Shown here in pieces: positions 63,730 through 64,000 of a stretch of DNA of 64,000 nucleotides. Source of the DNA: Euprymna scolopes (taxonomy: Eukaryota); the NCBI GenBank assembly GCA_053919585.1, contig CM132796.1, one strand, 5' to 3'. Position numbers and translations under genes: made by a program. Below the pieces are notes generated by a model. That model searched no databases. It worked only from the letters and a program-made list of their open reading frames with translations, and was not told the origin of the DNA. Numbering within the stretch: position 1 is the stretch's first letter; each line of letters begins with the position of its first letter.

Positions 63730-64000
63730 GATTCTCACTCATGTTGATTCGAAAACGACCTTCTTCAGTCAACAGAAAGGGAATCATCTTCCATCATGAT
63801 AATGCTCGTACTTGTACAGTACTACTGACCAAAGATATCCTAGGAGAATTTGGTTGGGAAATATTGACCCATCTTGCATATTCTCCCCACCTTGCTCCCT
63901 CATATTATCACTTATTTTGAGGATTACTAAACCATTTAGATGGCCTTAGGTTAACATCACGTGATGAGATTGAACATGAGTTAGATTCATATTTCACATC
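63730..64000 (+). pseudogene. Mariner (DD34D-type) transposase remnant, runs off the window
   Basis: KRP...NRKGIIFHHDNAR...LGEFGWEILTHLAYSPHLAPSYYHLF, a degenerate HDNA / YSPDLAPSD motif pair. Confidence 0.88.

Noticed and set aside
11819-64000. Host gene exons
   Set aside because: Every ORF with recognisable motifs is transposon-derived. Short exons of a gene with large introns cannot be excluded without transcript data.

Overview
Gene-free, AT-rich, repeat-dominated eukaryotic (animal) genomic window. The repeat mix looks invertebrate, plausibly molluscan or cephalopod (inference only). No host protein-coding gene, CRISPR array or intact RNA gene could be supported. 1-11818 is a 43-bp satellite (~275 monomers) with 37-, 50- and 27-monomer higher-order periods. 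The rest is a nested transposon graveyard: a full-length but disrupted Ty3/gypsy element (50820-55128, TSD GTTGA, non-canonical TG...TA LTRs, no visible tRNA PBS, integrase ORF running through U3 and stopping inside the TATA box); a deleted BEL/Pao element inside a Helitron inside an RTE LINE, with an exact 434-bp copy of it in a nearby minisatellite; Penelope-like elements and several hammerhead-ribozyme motifs; 5S-rRNA-derived SINE-like copies; Tc1/mariner/IS630-like remnants and MITEs; non-autonomous Helitrons; many CR1-group, RTE and L1/Tx1 LINE fragments; microsatellites; and a 241-N gap. All comparisons were done by eye, so boundaries of degraded elements are approximate.
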